Below, one piece after another: positions 1 through 13,164 of a stretch of 60,000 nucleotides of DNA (position 1 is the stretch's first letter; every line of letters begins with the position of its first letter). The DNA is from Callorhinchus milii (lineage: Eukaryota): contig NW_024704742.1 in assembly GCF_018977255.1 (NCBI RefSeq), positions 37,698,001 through 37,758,000 on the forward strand, read 5' to 3'. A program made the position numbers and the translations under genes. Below the pieces are notes generated by a model. It ran no database searches and was not told where the DNA came from. It saw only the letters and a program-made list of their open reading frames with translations.

Positions 1-339
1 AATAATCTACTGAAATCCCTGTTATTCTTCAATTTAAAATTTTACTTTAAAAAATGCTGCAACTAAATGCAAGGATTACAGCAACAACAACAATAATTTG
101 CATTTATATAGCGGCTTTCACGCGGGGTAGCGTCCCAGAGTGCTTCAGAGTTACAGAGTCTGACAATGAGCCAGGGGGAGAGGGAGGGGGGGGAGGTGAC
201 CGTAAGCACAATCAAAAAGAAAGGTCTTTAGGCAGGATTTAGAGAGAGACGGCCACCGATGATGGAATAGAGGACATAAAGGGTTTCAGCTGCATTGGTT
301 CTGAGGTTCGGATGGAGGTGGGCAATGTGGCAAAGGTGG

Positions 340-1010
340 AAAAAAGCAGTCCTGGTCAGGGAACGGATGTGTGGTAAAAAGCAAAGCTGGGATCGAACCT
401 GACGCCTAAGTCGCGCACGGGTTCAGAGAGTCTGAAGTGTCTGAAGGAGAGCCTGAGGAGGTTGCGGAGTTCAGACCCGCAAGAGAAAAGATGTTGATAG
501 GAGCTAAAGAGTATGTCTTCCGTCTTGTCCACATTCAGCTGCAGGAAATTTATGCTCACCCAGGCCTTGATGTCCGTCAAACAAGCTAACAGGACATTAG
601 CGGACTGGGAGTCACAGCTGGCGGAGTATATTTGGGTGTCATCCGCATACATTGGATGTTGACCCCATGTCTGCAGATGACATCGCTGAGAGGGAGCATG
701 TAGATGAGGAAAGAAAGGGGGCCAAGGATGGAGCCTTGGGGTAGCCCGCAAGTGACCAGGCAGGGGCGAAAGGAAAAACCATTGGCCGAGATGAAGTGGA
801 GGTTGGTTAAGTAGGACTCAAACCATGCGAGTATGGTCCATAAGGTGGATGAGGGAGGAAGCGCTGGAGGAGGATAGCGTGGTCGATTGTGTCAAACGCA
901 GCGGTGCGGTCCAGGAGGAAGAGGAGGTAGAGGGAGCCCTGGTCAGAGAGAAGACGTCATTTGTTACTTTGATGAGCGCGGTCTCTGTGCCGGGCTGGGG
1001 GGGAAACTGG
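340..1010 (-). mobile_element. L2-clade LINE RT fragment (old)
   Basis: [39 protein letters not shown] motifs. Confidence 0.85.
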
Positions 1011-1664
1011 ACTGGAGGGGTTCGAGTATGGAATGAAGGGCGAGTTGTGAGCGAAATTGGTTTGCAGCAATGGTTTCCAGGGCTTTGGCCAGGAAGGACA
1101 GATTTCAAATGTAATAATAATCACTATTACAACAACAACATCTTGCATTTAAATAACCTCCTTTATACGGGGAGCCGTCTCGGAGCACTTAACGGTGGCC
1201 AAGCTTGAAGGTGAGCATAAGAGAGGGGGCAGGTGACCCCTACTCTCCCTCTTTGCATGGTCAAAGAGGAAAGTCTTTGGGTGAGATCTAAAGATAAGGA
1301 AGGAGGAAGTAAGGCAGAGGGATTAAGAAAGAGAATTACATAGTTTTCGGGTGCAGGAACATTATTAAGGGGCATAACAGTACCTTACAGTGTTATTTCT
1401 GGTAAAAAAAACTATTTGTCAAAATAAGACAGTTTAAAAATATTTAAAATCATGGTATTTGGTCACAATTCAAACAAAAAAACCAAAGCTCACGTCCACC
1501 GATTGCACTGTATTAGACAAAACACTTGGGGAGAAGGGAGAAAGCAAGGATTGTAAACAACATGCAATTACACCACTAAAAGGCAACACAGTTTGCATCT
1601 ATATATAGACTAAACTGAAGCTGGAAATTTCTGCTTAGCATAGTGATTCAGGAAGTTACAGTAC

Positions 1665-1739
1665 CCGTTGTTGCACCAAAAGGAAATCCAGTTGTTTGTC
1701 CACTTGCGGTAGCAGCAGTGGTTCCAAATGCACCAAACC
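1665..1739 (-). CDS. NUP54: NUP54 exon 2 (GFGAFGTTAATASGQTTGFPFGATT-G; FG-repeat region)
   Basis: ttttcttccag acceptor, phase-1 join with exon 1, resembles NUP54 GFGGFGTTSTTAG...FSF; donor G|gtactg (alternative at 1660); later exons lie left of the window. Confidence 0.8.
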
Positions 1740-3984
1740 CTGGAAGAAAACACAACACATGGGTGCATGTTATTACTGGCCACACTCAACATTTTGCTGT
1801 TGGATTTTGACAGATTTTTTTTTGTTTCAAAAGTTACTGTGTCCTTTTTTGGGGAATATTCTCCCCACTGAATATCACATATTTAATATAAATACCCCTT
1901 CCCTCCAGCCCCCTCTGACCCCAACCCGCAGCTTGGGTGCAAACCGTTCCTCATTGTTCAGCCTAGGGATGTCCTCCCGACATGAACGGTGCAATATAAA
2001 TGCAATTTGTTGTTGTTGAAGGTTTATAAAGGTTATGGCTCAAGGAGTCAATCAATGGCAAATTAGACAGTTGGATTGGAAACTGCCTTAGCAATTGGAA
2101 GTAGAAATGATGAGCAGCATTGAAAGATTTCAATAGAGGTCAAGAATTGTTGCTGATTAGACTAAAGTACCGAGCTAGGTGAAACCAGCTTACACCATGT
2201 AGCTTGCCATGGAAAACACTGTCTGGCAAGCTTTCCCGCTGCTTGTCCGGATAGGGCCACCCTAACCATTAAAGCTTTGGCCAGCGAAAGAGCTGAGTGT
2301 GAAGAGTCACTGCCCTCAGTGACTACTCTGTCTTTCCAAGACCTGCCAATGTGCCAGGTTTTCCTGTGCTGTCATCAACAGTGCCCTGGAACTGTGGACA
2401 TAGCTGGTTCAGGAACTGGCATACCGAGAAATCTGCAGAGAGTTGGCTCAGTTCTGACACTCCGTTGCCAAACATGTCATCTTGGAGCCAATTCAGCTCC
2501 AAGGAAAACCCACTCACCTCCCCACCCCCCCACGGAGGATAGTCACTAGTTGGTCAAATCCACTGTTTGGCTTGAAAATTGCTGCTTGAAGCAAAACATT
2601 CTCAGAAGGTAAGAGAGTTTATTTATTCCCCACCAAATGCCGTGTACCTGAACTTCAAAAATGTAAGCTATTCAACGTTTGAACATTCAACTGGTATTCT
2701 TTAAAGAGGTTTCTAATTTGACCTATAAACAAACAAGACCATTACGTAATCTTTCTAATCAAAACACAGGATGATAAACTGTTTGGCTTTTTCCAAAGAA
2801 TACATTTAACTTTCCAAAAACAGGGAAGTAAAAGAATAGCAGTAATCATTTGCAATGCTCTCTCTTGGCAACAGGACCTATTTGTTACTTGGGTTCAAAT
2901 TATTTGTTCTGAACTCAATCAAAACAAGACTGAACATCACTACATGTTAAAATAGGCACAATCACCTCAATATAGCAGATACCAGCAGAAATCCTCACAC
3001 AGTAACAATTTCAGACCATAGACTGACTGTAGGTGCCTTTAGCCCAGGGTTCAGGGTCTGCTGAGGGTTGGGTGCTGTTGAGAAATATCCGCGGGCTGCA
3101 TAAGCAATATTTTTGTGTTTCCCTTCCACAAACATAATCAGTAAGAAAATCATATTGAAAAACTACGTTTTAAATTGTGTAACTGGAGTACTTAATTTCA
3201 CAATGTTTTAGCTACAATGCAAACTTTAAATAAGCAATGTAAAAATTCATACAAATTTTAAAACAATATAGTTTTATTAATAAAGTAAGCATACCCAAGA
3301 ATAATCATTAAATTAGTGCATGCGCTCTGACCACGCCTGAAATAGACTAGCAAATTTTTGCTCCCTGTAGCATAGATTATGGAGTTTTCCTATAGACAAG
3401 CCTAAAATCCTGTAATCTTTGGAGAAAACCATAGACTGCAGTGTTCAGCGGGCCAGATGAAATCATCCCCCAGGCTGGATGAAGACTATCCCAATTTAGT
3501 CTATCCATCCAAAGTCCCAAAAGATTCCTCCGACAAATTTATCTTGCCACCTAATAACCATATATCGTTTAAATTTCTGGGAACTTGACTAATGCTGAAT
3601 GCTGAAAATACCATGGATAGATTTTGCACGTAACAGTGAGATCAACCCTGGACTGCAATCTTGCCAAAAAGTCAAACTAAATTATCACGTAAGAACAATA
3701 TTCACAAAAAGTGTATTGGCAACAGAGACTGGGGCCAACTGAGATATTGGAGGGCACCGAATAAGAAAGAATAAACCTACATTATTACAGCATCTTATTA
3801 CGTTGAAGTATCTTAGAGTGCGTTCCAAGCAAATCTTGTCAAGTGTATGGACTATTATTGTACTCAAATGCAGTAGTCATAGTTCCAGCATAGTTCCACA
3901 AACAGCCCTGAAGTAATGGCCAAGTAATAAATATAGAAGACAGATGGCAATCACTGGAATCACAGGAATGTTGGCGGCGGCGAC

Positions 3985-4805
3985 AATAAAATTACATTTG
4001 AATAGCGCCTTTCATGTCGGGAGGACGTCCCAAGGCGCTAGATAGTCAGTATTTTGGACCCGAGCTGGGGGTAGGGATCGGGGAGGGCGGGTGGGGGGGA
4101 GGGGAAGGAGACTGATCGAAGATACGGTTGAAGAGGAGGGTCTTGAGATGGGTCTTGAAGGACTCAAGGGAAGGGGCGAGGCAGAGGGACTGCGGGATGA
4201 AGTTCCAGAGGGTGGAGGCAGAGTGGCAGAAAACCCGCCCGCCAATGGTGGGGTGGGCGAGGCGGGAGACGTGAAGCAGGCCGGAGCCTGCTGAGTGGGC
4301 GGAGCGGGCAGGTTGGTAGGGGGTTAGGAGGTCGTACAGGTAGGGGGAAGCAAGGCTATGGAGGGCTTTGAAGGTGAGGACCAGGATCTTGAACTGTATC
4401 CTCTGTGTGATGGGAAGCCAGTGGAGTCAGGCGAATGGTGATGCTGTCGGTGCCTGAGGTGAGGAGGCACTGACGGTCTTGTTGACGTTCAACTGAAGAA
4501 AGTTAGCTCTCACCCAGGTTTGGTGTCTCACAGACGTTCTGTCAGGACAGCAGTGGCCTGGAGCCAAGGGTGGAGGCAGAGAGATACAATTGGGTGTCAT
4601 CCACATACACGTGGAAGTTGACCCCATGTCTGCGGATGATGTCACCAAAAGGGAGCATATAGATATTGAAGAGGAGGGGACCAAGGACAGAGCCCTGAGT
4701 AACTTTGTAAGAGATGGTGCGGGGGCTAGAGGAGAAATCGTTTATGGAGATGAAGTGGAGACAGTGTGAGAGTAGGATCTGAACCATTCAAAGACAGAAC
4801 CATGA
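3985..4805 (-). mobile_element. L2-clade LINE 3' fragment with internal deletion
   Basis: [24 protein letters not shown] motifs and the LINE tail. Confidence 0.88.
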
Positions 4806-5135
4806 CACCAGGAGAAATGTCCCAATCATTTTCAATTAGTATCACAGGAATGTTTGAATCGATATGAATAATCAGTTAGGCACTCAGCTTATCAGTTCAT
4901 TCAAAAGACGACATCTTCAATGATGAATGCAACTGAATTGATCTCTGACAAATGAAGTTCCGACAAGTTATTTGCAACATGCTGCACAAGAGAAATAAAA
5001 TACAAGTATATGTACATCATGGAATGATTTAACTTGCCAAAGGGGAAGATGAAAGTGTGATGGTTGACCCATCATTCTATGTTCAAACTGTGTTAGGCAG
5101 CTAACAAATTGAGCAATCAGGATATTCGTCTACCT

Positions 5136-5435
5136 TATAATAATAATAATCCTTGCATTTGATATAGTGCTTTTCACATCTTCTAGACATCTCAAAGCGT
5201 TTCACAGAAGTGAATTGACCGTATTTGTGAGTGAAATGCGGTAGCCAATTGCGCACAGCAGTTTCCACAAACAGTCGTGGATTGAAAATGACCAATTTAT
5301 CATTGTTTTGTTTTGGAGGGATTATTATTAGGCGTATGGAGTAAGGAAACTTGCCCAAGGTTTCGCCCTCTGCCTGGAATTGAACCCAGGTGTCTCGCTT
5401 GCAAGGCGAGTGCTCTAACCACTGAGCTACAGGAC
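5136..5435 (-). mobile_element. tRNA(Ala-like)-derived SINE, full length
   Basis: GTCCTGTAGCTCAGTGGTTAGAGC head with A/B boxes, (ATT)n tail; several near-identical copies in the window. Confidence 0.9.
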
Positions 5436-5660
5436 CTTGTCAAATCGATTGAGTTCACTGTTAACCTGTATAGTGGTCTGGTCAGAGCGACCTTGTGTAT
5501 AATTCCGGTTGCCATGACATACGGATCCGAGAAGAGCAACTTGGCTGATCCCCCTTGTTAAGAGGGATGAGTTGTGAGAGTCTGAGCAAATAAGGTAGGG
5601 CTCTTTAAGCGTTGAAAAGAGAACGCTCAGATGAAACGTTGTAGAGGTAAGACGCCAAAT
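5436..5660 (+). mobile_element. RTE-like LINE fragment
   Basis: LY..LVR..IIPVAMTYGSE motif. Confidence 0.45.
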
Positions 5661-5964
5661 AGGTTTCAGAAAGCAAATCCCAACATGGGGCTTGAACCCA
5701 CAAATGCTTCCACTGTGCCAGACTGACACTCATTTTTATTATTGTTGTGGAAAGTAGATGCACCATTTAGTCACATTTCAGAGATGAAGAAACAGAAAAA
5801 CTTAGTAAAATGATAGGCAGAAAATCTGTCATAGGATGATCCTGCAATGCACTCACTCCCTGAAATAATGTTTGTGTGTTAGTGAATTACCCCTGTCTGA
5901 CAAAGGCTTAGATATCAAGATGAGAAAGTAAAGCACTGTTTATACTGTATGGCTGGTAACAAAT

Positions 5965-8222
5965 CAGCTATTTGCTGACCTCTGCTGACTTTTCCTTCCC
6001 TTATCTCCTCTCTCAACCTCTCCCTCCACATCCACACCACCACCCACGTCCGCAGTCACCCCCTCGACCTGGTGATCACTCGGGGTCTTACTGCCTCACC
6101 TCACCATCATCGACAAACCGATCTCGGACCATCACTTCATCTCCCTTAACTCCTCGCTCTCCCCACCGCCACCCAACCCACCTCCATCTCCTACCACCCC
6201 TGGAAAAAAATCTCCCCCCTCCCTCTCGGCTGCCTTGGAGTCATCTGAACTCCTTCTCCTCTGGGCTTCCTCCCACAATGACTATCCTCCTCGGTCACTC
6301 TTCTCCACAGCTCCCTCTCCACCACTCTCGATTCCCTTGCTCCCCTCTCTTGCCGAACCGTATCCTATTCACGTACGTCACCATGGTACACCAGCCACCT
6401 CCGCTCTCTTAAAGCAAACGTGCGTGCCGCTGAGCGCACCTGGCTTAAATCAAACTTAGTGGTCCATCAGCAGATCTGTCTGGACCATATTAAATCCTAC
6501 CGCTCGGCCCTCACCCCACTAAATCATCGTTCTACTCCAAGACAATCTTGGAGGCTAAGGACAACCCCAGGCTCCACGTCTCCATCACCAACCGGCTCCT
6601 CCACCCACCCTCTCACGCCTCACCCATTCTCACCACAAATGCCAACTGCGAGGTGATGCTGGACTTCCTCGAATCCAAAGTCAAAGGATCCACTCAGTTG
6701 CCTCTGCCATTCCATCTGCTAGCCCCTCCCCATCCCCCCTCCCACCCCAGCCCATACCCATCCCTCCTTCCACACCTTCAAACCTGTCTGCCCCTCCTCT
6801 CTCATCAACACTATAACCCACATGAAACCGACACATGTTCCCTCAACCCCATCCCTACCCCTCTCCTTACCTCCCACCTCCACCTCCTTGTCCCTCTACT
6901 CACAGACATCATAAACCTCTCCCTGTCGAGTGGTACTGTTCCCACCTCATTAAAAACCGCCGTCATCACTGCTATCCTAAAAAGACTCTCCCTGGACCCA
7001 TCTCTACTCCCAAACTACGCCCCATCTCCAACCTCCCTTTCCTCTCCAAGGTCCTGGAACGAGTTGTTGCTTCTCAGCTTTGCTCCTTCCTCTCTCGCCA
7101 CTCCCTTCATGAACCCCTCCAATCGGGCTTCCGTGCTGCCCACAGCACAGAAACCGCCCTGGTCAAAGTGACAAATGACATTCTGTCCATCTGCGACCAA
7201 GGCTCCCTCTGCCTCCTCGTCCTCTCTTCTACCTTCTGACACTGTCGACCACTCCATCCTCATCCACCGCCTCTCCTCTCACCTCAACCTTCATGGCTCT
7301 GTCCTTGACTGGTTCAGATTGTACCTCTCACACTGCCTCCACTTCATCTCTACAAATGGTTTCTCCTCTAGCCCCCGGACTGTCTCGTGCAGTGTTCCTC
7401 AGGGCTTTATCCTTGGTCCCCTCCTCTTCAATATCTATATGCTCCCTCTTGCTGATATCATCCGCAGACATGGGGTCAACTTCCACATGTATGTGGATGA
7501 TACCCAACTCTACCTCTCTGCCTCCACCCTTGAATCCAGGACCACTGGATGTCTGTTGGATATCAAATCCTGGATGAGAGCTAATTTTCTTCAGTTGAAT
7601 GTCAACAACAACAAAATAACAAGACCGAGGCCCTCCTGATTGGCTCCTGTCAGCGCCTCCATAGCTCAGGTGCTGACAGCATCACCATCCCTGGTTGCAC
7701 ACTCCACCTTACTAAGCCAGTCCGGAACCTTGGCGTCTTGTTTGATCCTCAACTATCCTTTCTACCCCATATCAGCGCCATGACCTGCTCTGCCTTCCTC
7801 AACCTCTGCAACATTGCCCAGCTCTGCCACTGTCTCACACAAAAGGCCACTGAAACCCTCATAAATGTTTCCGTTACTTCGAGGCTTGACTATGTAAACT
7901 CATTGCTTGTCGGCCTCTCCAACTCCTCCCTCCATAGACTGCAGATCATCCAGGACTCTGCAGCCTGTGTCCTCTCCCGCAGGGCTTCTACCTCTCTGCA
8001 AACACCCTCTGGAACTCCATCCCGCAGTCCCTCCACCTCGCCCCCCTCCCTTGCATTCTTCAAAATCCATTTCAAGATTCTCCTCTTCAATCTCCTTGCT
8101 TCCCCCTCTGCCCTCCGCACTCCCTGACCCGACCACCAGCTCAGGTCCGAAGCACTGTCTGTCCAGTGCCTTGGGATGTCTGAACGTGAAAGGCGCTGTA
8201 CAAATGTAATTTTGTTGTTGTT
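5965..8222 (+). mobile_element. L2-clade LINE, about 2.2 kb 5'-truncated decayed ORF2 with (GTT)n tail
   Basis: [56 protein letters not shown]; frameshifted. Confidence 0.92.
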
Positions 8223-8659
8223 ATATTTGCCACCAATTATGCAATATAAAGAGGATCTCAGACAGAATCAAACGGAGGGTGCTCCTGAAATGACCAGGTT
8301 GTGGTCGTTTTAGAGATTCATACCCAGGTACAATAGTTATTAATGGAACAGGTGTGATTCACAATTGTCTTAATTGCCTTTCCTTCTTTCAAAGATCCCA
8401 AACCACTCGGGAAGTGTGAATGGCTGCAATATTAAAGATCCCGTCTCATGTTTGGCTTTTTTTTTATCATATTGAAGCCAAATACTGTTTTGGTGTTCTG
8501 TGCATTTAGCAATGTACATTTGTTTTTTTAGCTCTGAACAAAGATACATGGAGTGGATATTATAACTCAACATCCTATTCCATATTGTTAATCTGCTGGG
8601 AGTGAAGACACTGACACCCAGAGACCCCGACAGCCAGAAACACACAGAGACCCCGACAC

Positions 8660-10250
8660 CCCAATCTCTGGGTGTCGGGGTCTCTGGCTGTCGGGGTCTC
8701 TGGGTGTCAGTGTCTTCAGGTGTCTCTGGGTGTGGGGGTGTCTCTGGGTGTGGGGGTGTCTCTGGGTGTGGGGGTGTCTCTGGGTGTGGGGGGTCTCTGG
8801 GTGTGGGGGGGGTCTCTGGGTGTGGGGGTGTGTGGGGGTGTCTCTGGGTGTGGGGGTGTCTCTGGGTGTGGGGGTGTGCAGGTGTCTCTGGGTGTGGGGG
8901 TGTCTCTGGGTGTGGGGGGGTCTCTGGGTGTGGGGGGGTCTCTGGGTGTGGGGCTGTCTCTGGGTGTGGGGCTGTCTCTGGGTGTGGGGCTGTCTCTGGG
9001 TGTGGGGCTGTCTCTGGGTGTGGGGGGTCTCTGGGTGTGGGGGGGTCTCTGGGTGTGGGGGGGTCTCTGGGTGTGGGGGGTCTCTGGGTGTGGGGGGTCT
9101 CTGGGTGTGGGGGGTCTCTGGGTGTGGGGGGGTCTCTGGGTGTGGGGGTGTCTCTGGGTGTGGGGGTGTCTCTGGGTGTGGGGGTGTCTCTGGGTGTGGG
9201 GGGGTCTCTGGGTGTGGGGGGTCTCTGGTGTGGGGGGGTCTCTGGGTGTGGGGTGTCTCTGGGTGTGGGGGTGTGGGGGGGTCTCTGGGTGTGGGGGGGT
9301 CTCTGGGTGTGGGGTGTGGGGGGGTCTCTGGGTGTGGGGGGGTCTCTGGGTGTGGGGGTGTCTCTGGGTGTGGGGGTGTCTCTGGGTGTGGGGGTGTCTC
9401 TGGGTGTGGGGTGTCTCTGGGTGTGGGGTGTGGAGGTGTCTCTGGGTGTGGGTGTGGGGTGTCTCTGGGTGTGGGGGGTGTCTCTGGTGTGGGGTGTCTC
9501 TGGGTGTGGGGGTGTCTCTGGGTGTGTGGGGGTGTCTCTGGGTGTGTGGGGGTGTCTCTGGTGTGTGGGTTGTGGGGTGTCTCTGGGTGTGGGTGTGTAG
9601 GTGTGTGGGGGTGTGTGGGTGTCTCTGGGTGTGTGGGTGTGGGGGTGTCTCTGGGGGTGTGGGGGTGTCTCTGGGTGTGGGGTGTGGGGGTGTCTCTGGG
9701 TGTGGGGTGTCTCTGGGTGTGGGGGGGTCTCTGGGTGTGGGGTGTCTCTGGGTGTGTGGGGGTGTGGGTGTGGGGGGTCTCTGGGTGTGGGGTGTCTCTG
9801 GGTGTGGGGTGTCTCTGGTGTGTGGGGTGGGGGTGGGGTGTCTCTGGGTGTGTGGGTGTGGGGTGTCTCTGGGTGTGTGGGTTGTGGGGTGTCTCTGGGT
9901 GTGTGGGTGTGTGGGGGTGTCTCTGGGTGTGTGGGGGTGTGGGGGGTCTCTGGGTGTGTGGGGGTGTGGGGGGGTCTCTGGGTGTGTGGGTGTGTGGGGG
10001 TGTCTCTGGGTGTGTGGGGGTGTGGGGGGGTCTCTGGGTGTGTGGGGGTGTGGGGGGGTCTCTGGGTGTGTGGGGGTGTGGGGGTGTCTCTGGGTGTGGG
10101 GTGCCTCTGGGTGTGTGGGGGTGTGGGGGGGTTTCTGGGTGTGGGGGTGTCTCTGGGTGTGGGGTGCCTCTGGGTGTGTGGGGGTGTGGGGGTGTCTCTG
10201 GGGGTGTGGGTGTGTGGGTGTGTGGGGGTGGGGGGGTGGGGGGGGTCGCT
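8660..10250 (+). repeat. G-rich minisatellite (unit about 17-20 bp, GGGTGTGGGGGTGTCTCT and variants) in NUP54 intron 1
   Basis: Directly visible tandem array with almost no A on the + strand; accounts for the long low-complexity ORFs. Confidence 0.97.
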
Positions 10251-10339
10251 GCGGCCTGTGACGGGGCCTGTGCCTGAGGAGCCACAGACAGGAAGCCGTT
10301 GCCGGGGTTTCTGTGGCCGCTTTTACTCAGTGGTGCTGA

Positions 10340-10445
10340 CACCCCCCCCCCTCCTGCCCTGTCCCCCCCTCCTCTCCCCCCCTCCTGCCCTCTCCCCCCC
10401 TCCTGCCCTGTCCCCCCTCCTGCCCTGTCCCCCCCCCCCCCTGTT
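10340..10445 (+). repeat. Short C-rich tandem repeat (CCCCCCTCCTGCCCTGT-like)
   Basis: About 5 copies immediately inside the NUP54 intron 1 donor. Confidence 0.85.
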
Positions 10446-10458
10446 GCCCGGGCCTTAC

Positions 10459-10489
10459 CCGCTCCGGCGCCGCCCAGGCTGAACGCCAT
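10459..10489 (-). CDS. NUP54: NUP54 (nucleoporin 54) exon 1 (MAFSLGGAGA-G)
   Basis: ATG GCG TTC start resembling NUP54 MAFNFG, G|gtaagg donor, CpG-rich surroundings; NUP54 lies directly downstream of SCARB2 on the same strand in human. Confidence 0.8.
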
Positions 10490-10984
10490 GCTGCAGCCGC
10501 TCCCTCAGCACATCCCGGTCCGGGTGACACGCCGCTGCCCGCACAAAGGTTCCGGCCGCTGTCAGCGCGCACATGAGTGGTTTAATCTGTGTGTGAGAGT
10601 ACACACCGTGTACAACAATACACCGTATAAAACAGTCACAAACCACTGCTGCGAACTGTGTCAGTCAGTGCTGCCCCTTCCTTTGTTTTGTGTCCGTGAT
10701 AATAATAACAACAACAACAATAATCCTTGCATTTGATACAGCGCCTTATCACGTCTTCGAGACGTCTCAAAGCGCTTCACGGAATACGCTGCAAAGTGCA
10801 CTTTACTGTGTTTTATTTCTTCCTCTACACATCCGCAAGACGTGGTGGCCTGGAGTATTCAGTCACAAAGAGGGAAAACATACAATGTTTACACTGTTGG
10901 AAAAACACACAAAGCTGAGCACCAAATGTCATGGGGCATATTGATTTAAGTGCAAAGAAAAATGCTTAAATTGCACTTTATAGC

Positions 10985-11505
10985 ATTGGTCCTCTATCCT
11001 CCGGGGGGTGGGGGGAGGCTCTCTCCTTGAAGTTAAACTGGCTCCAAGGTGACATGCTTGGCAGTGGAATGTCACAATCGAGTCGGCTCTCTGAGGAGGT
11101 CTCAGTAGTCCGGTTCCCGAACCAGGAGGGTCTGAAGCATTCCACTCCGTTCTTGTTATCCCTGCAAGCCAACGCCCTAACAGGTAGGGTCACCTTAGCT
11201 GGACAAGCAGCAATGAAAGCTTGCCAGACAGTCCTTTCAACGGCAAGCTATCTAGCACTACCCGAATCACACTGAGGCGTCCAAGCCTCGGCTCTTGCCA
11301 ACCTGCGCCTAATACTGTCTGGAATTGGATAAGCAGAATGCGTCCCTCCAGAGAGAGAGTGCGCATTCCATTCCAACAATCTATCTCTGGGATTTCCGTG
11401 TGTAGGTGGGATGTATGGAAATCTCCGCTTGGATTCTGATACTCTTAAGCCTGGTGACACGATTCTGCATGTGTCAAACATCCAACTGACCAAAAAAAAT
11501 TCCAG
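10985..11505 (+). repeat. Unclassified interspersed repeat (longest of five copies)
   Basis: Related copies at about 2130-2570(-), 21940-22440(+), 30340-30690(-), 47945-48420(+). Confidence 0.75.
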
Positions 11506-11989
11506 TACCCTTTTGTTCTGCTATATTTGGGTATTTGTTACCTGGAGATTTCCATAGAGCAGAACAGAACATCAGTAGAACAGACGATCTGTTGAATGGA
11601 CTCGCAAACGTAGTTCAAAAAGGAACTGGAGAAGAATCTGTTTGAGAACAGAATTGGAGAAAACAGGGTAGGAAGGTGAACTGAACTGAGGTGAACAAGT
11701 CCAAACAAAATGATTTTTCTGACCGGGGAAGGGAATGGTATTGTAACCTGTGGAGCAAATGAGGGAAATGAAAGATTCTGTAGCGTTTCTCTAGGAGACA
11801 AGAGAGGACAGTAGAGAAGATGCTGAAATAAACTGGGATATTAGGACCAAATATAGTGTTCTTGGAAGCAAAACAAACTGAATTTACTGATACTGAATTA
11901 TGTGGAAAAGGATGATGTGGGGTTGAATTATGTGGGATATTTTATTGAGAAAAACCTTAAAAATCTGTAAACTAGGTGCTAAGCTGGAG

Positions 11990-12322
11990 TACTTAGCTTA
12001 GTGGTTAGAGCATTGGCCTAACTCACCCGGGCAGGGCAAAACATTGGGCAAGTTTCCTTACTCCAGACACCCCTGTTTACCTAGCAGTAAGTAGGAACCT
12101 GGTTGTTAGTCGATTGGCGGATTGCTTTTCTGGGGATAATCATCTCTTAAAAATAATAGTATTAATTTGGTCATACAATCCACGATTTGTGGAACACTGC
12201 TGTGTGCAATTGGCTGCCGCATTTCACCCACAAAATATACAGTGAAATGCAGTACACTGTCCACCGCCTTGGGACATCCTCCCGACGTGAAAGGCGCTAT
12301 ACAAATGTAATCTTGTTGTTGT
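11990..12322 (+). mobile_element. tRNA-derived SINE, diverged copy
   Basis: tagcttagtggttagagc head, gggcaagtttccttactcc body. Confidence 0.75.
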
Positions 12323-12379
12323 TAACAGTAAATTCTGTGAAGTGCTTTAATACGTGATAAGGCGCTGTATCAAATGCAA

Positions 12380-12700
12380 GGTTCATATTATTATAAACAT
12401 AATAAGTGCAGCAATTCATTGAGGGATATAACCTTGCAGACACAACAGGAGGAAGACTTGGTGTGATAAATAATGTCAAGCCAGTGAAAATCATGATTGT
12501 CAAAACAAATAGCATGCTAGGACATAGTGCGGTGTCAATGTTCTCTAGAGTGTTATAAAACCACACTTTCAGATCTAGCTGTGTTGACCATGGCTAAAAG
12601 GACACCAGGGCATTAAGGAACATAACAGAGAAGGCCAAACGACAAGAGTAGTGCCAGGAATTAGATCATTGAATTACATGAAACTGAAAGAATTCCATTT
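12380..12700 (+). mobile_element. CR1 LINE fragment
   Basis: EEDLGVI..., KTNSMLGH remnants. Confidence 0.55.
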
Positions 12701-12819
12701 GCCCCATTTAAGAATGCACCAGGTCCAGCAATCATCATTTGTTGCACATACTGTTCCCAGCCTACCTAGAGAGCAATGAGATTAATTCATGTATTAAAAA
12801 ATCAGTCTGACACAGTTAG

Positions 12820-13118
12820 AACCTTGCAAGCAAAACACCTGAGTTCAATTCCAGGCAGGACAAAACCTTGGGCAAGTTTCCTTACTCCACATGCCTAATA
12901 ATAATCCTTCCAAAAACAAAAACAATAATAAATTGGTCATTTCAATCCACGACTGTTTGAGGGACATTGTTGTGCGCAATTGGCTGCCGCGTATCACTCA
13001 CAGTATATGGTCAGTTCACTTTACAGCATATTCTGTGAAGCGCTTTGAGAGGTCTAGCGCTTTTCAAGTCTAGAAGACTTGAAAAGTGCTATATCAATTG
13101 CAAGGATTATTATTATTT
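12820..13118 (+). mobile_element. tRNA-derived SINE, 5'-degenerate copy
   Basis: Same body and tail as the other copies. Confidence 0.85.
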
Positions 13119-13164
13119 TTATAACATGGTCCCAAGTGGGGTAATACATACTTAATATGCATCA

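Larger units (their letters stand above)
10250..10630 (-). promoter_or_regulatory. CpG-rich NUP54 promoter / first-exon region
   Basis: Dense CpG cluster around the ATG in an otherwise CpG-depleted window. Confidence 0.65.

Noticed and set aside
8588..10489. 633-aa ORF and the overlapping 300-530-aa ORFs
   Set aside because: Stop-free reading of the minisatellite; only the first 31 nt are real (NUP54 exon 1, followed by a gtaagg donor).
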